A DNA stretch of 62,741 nt, filler included, from Sphacelaria rigidula (lineage: Eukaryota): NCBI GenBank assembly GCA_964200075.2. It is 8 parts of 8 records of this genome, joined end to end, with 100 filler letters (N's around TTAATTAATTAA, not from the genome) between each part and the next. Parts side by side here need not be neighbours in the genome. Positions count along the whole stretch, not along the records: positions 54,988 to 62,741 come from CAXNAA020013566.1; 7 more parts are not named here. The stretch is one strand, 5' to 3'. The notes beneath the pieces are model-generated. The model had not been told where the DNA came from, did no database searches, and saw nothing but the letters and a program-made list of their open reading frames with translations. This document shows, one piece after another, positions 62,633 through 62,741 of the stretch (its first letter is position 1; every line of letters begins with the position of its first letter). Made by a program: the position numbers and the translations under genes.

Positions 62633-62741
62633 CCCCCCCCCCCGCGTCTCGAAAGGGATGCGTGGTCAATGGTCAAACGACTTAGGCAAGCAAAAAATGA
62701 GTACGCCCCCCCCCCCCGCGAGCCTGGTCCGGCGAAAACCC
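62633..62741 (+). mobile_element. chain of LINE 3' fragments: C11, subfamily A end, C12, start of a subfamily B fragment
   Basis: cgtctcgaaagggatgcgtggtcaatggtcaaacgacttaggcaagcaaaaaatgagtacg(C)n matches the 27690-27750 end; cgagcctggtccggcgaaaacc matches 23936-23957. Confidence 0.75.

Noticed and set aside
62633-62720. TSD of C-run plus gcg around the subfamily A fragment
   Set aside because: The downstream cgag is better explained as the start of a subfamily B fragment; only the C run can be counted as duplicated.

Overview
This is eukaryotic, repeat-rich DNA, most likely from a brown alga or other stramenopile. That is an inference from the TTAGGG repeats, the short GC-rich exons in long introns, and the LINE/SINE types. 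The window is not one locus. It is eight unrelated contigs (7756, 7756, 7756, 7755, 7755, 7755, 7754, 7754 bp) sorted by size and joined by artificial 100-nt N44-TTAATTAATTAA-N44 linkers. Most ORFs in the track are spurious. Spliced host gene fragments I could reconstruct are: the 3' part of splicing factor SF3A1/Prp21 (three exons, minus strand), a PAS-domain protein (four exons, minus strand, mostly missed by the ORF track), an S6-like exon of a voltage-gated/two-pore-type cation channel, and one orphan terminal exon. The rest is transposon debris: LTR gag remnants, decayed hAT and MULE transposases, LINE 3' ends, tRNA-derived SINEs, MITEs and foldback/satellite elements. The most interesting signals are (1) several LINE subfamilies that end in a poly(C) tract instead of poly(A) and appear to insert into C tracts, forming chains, and (2) a 229-bp TGT..ACA MITE with a 4-bp TSD carrying (TTAGGG)8. 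All family assignments are by eye, without database searches.
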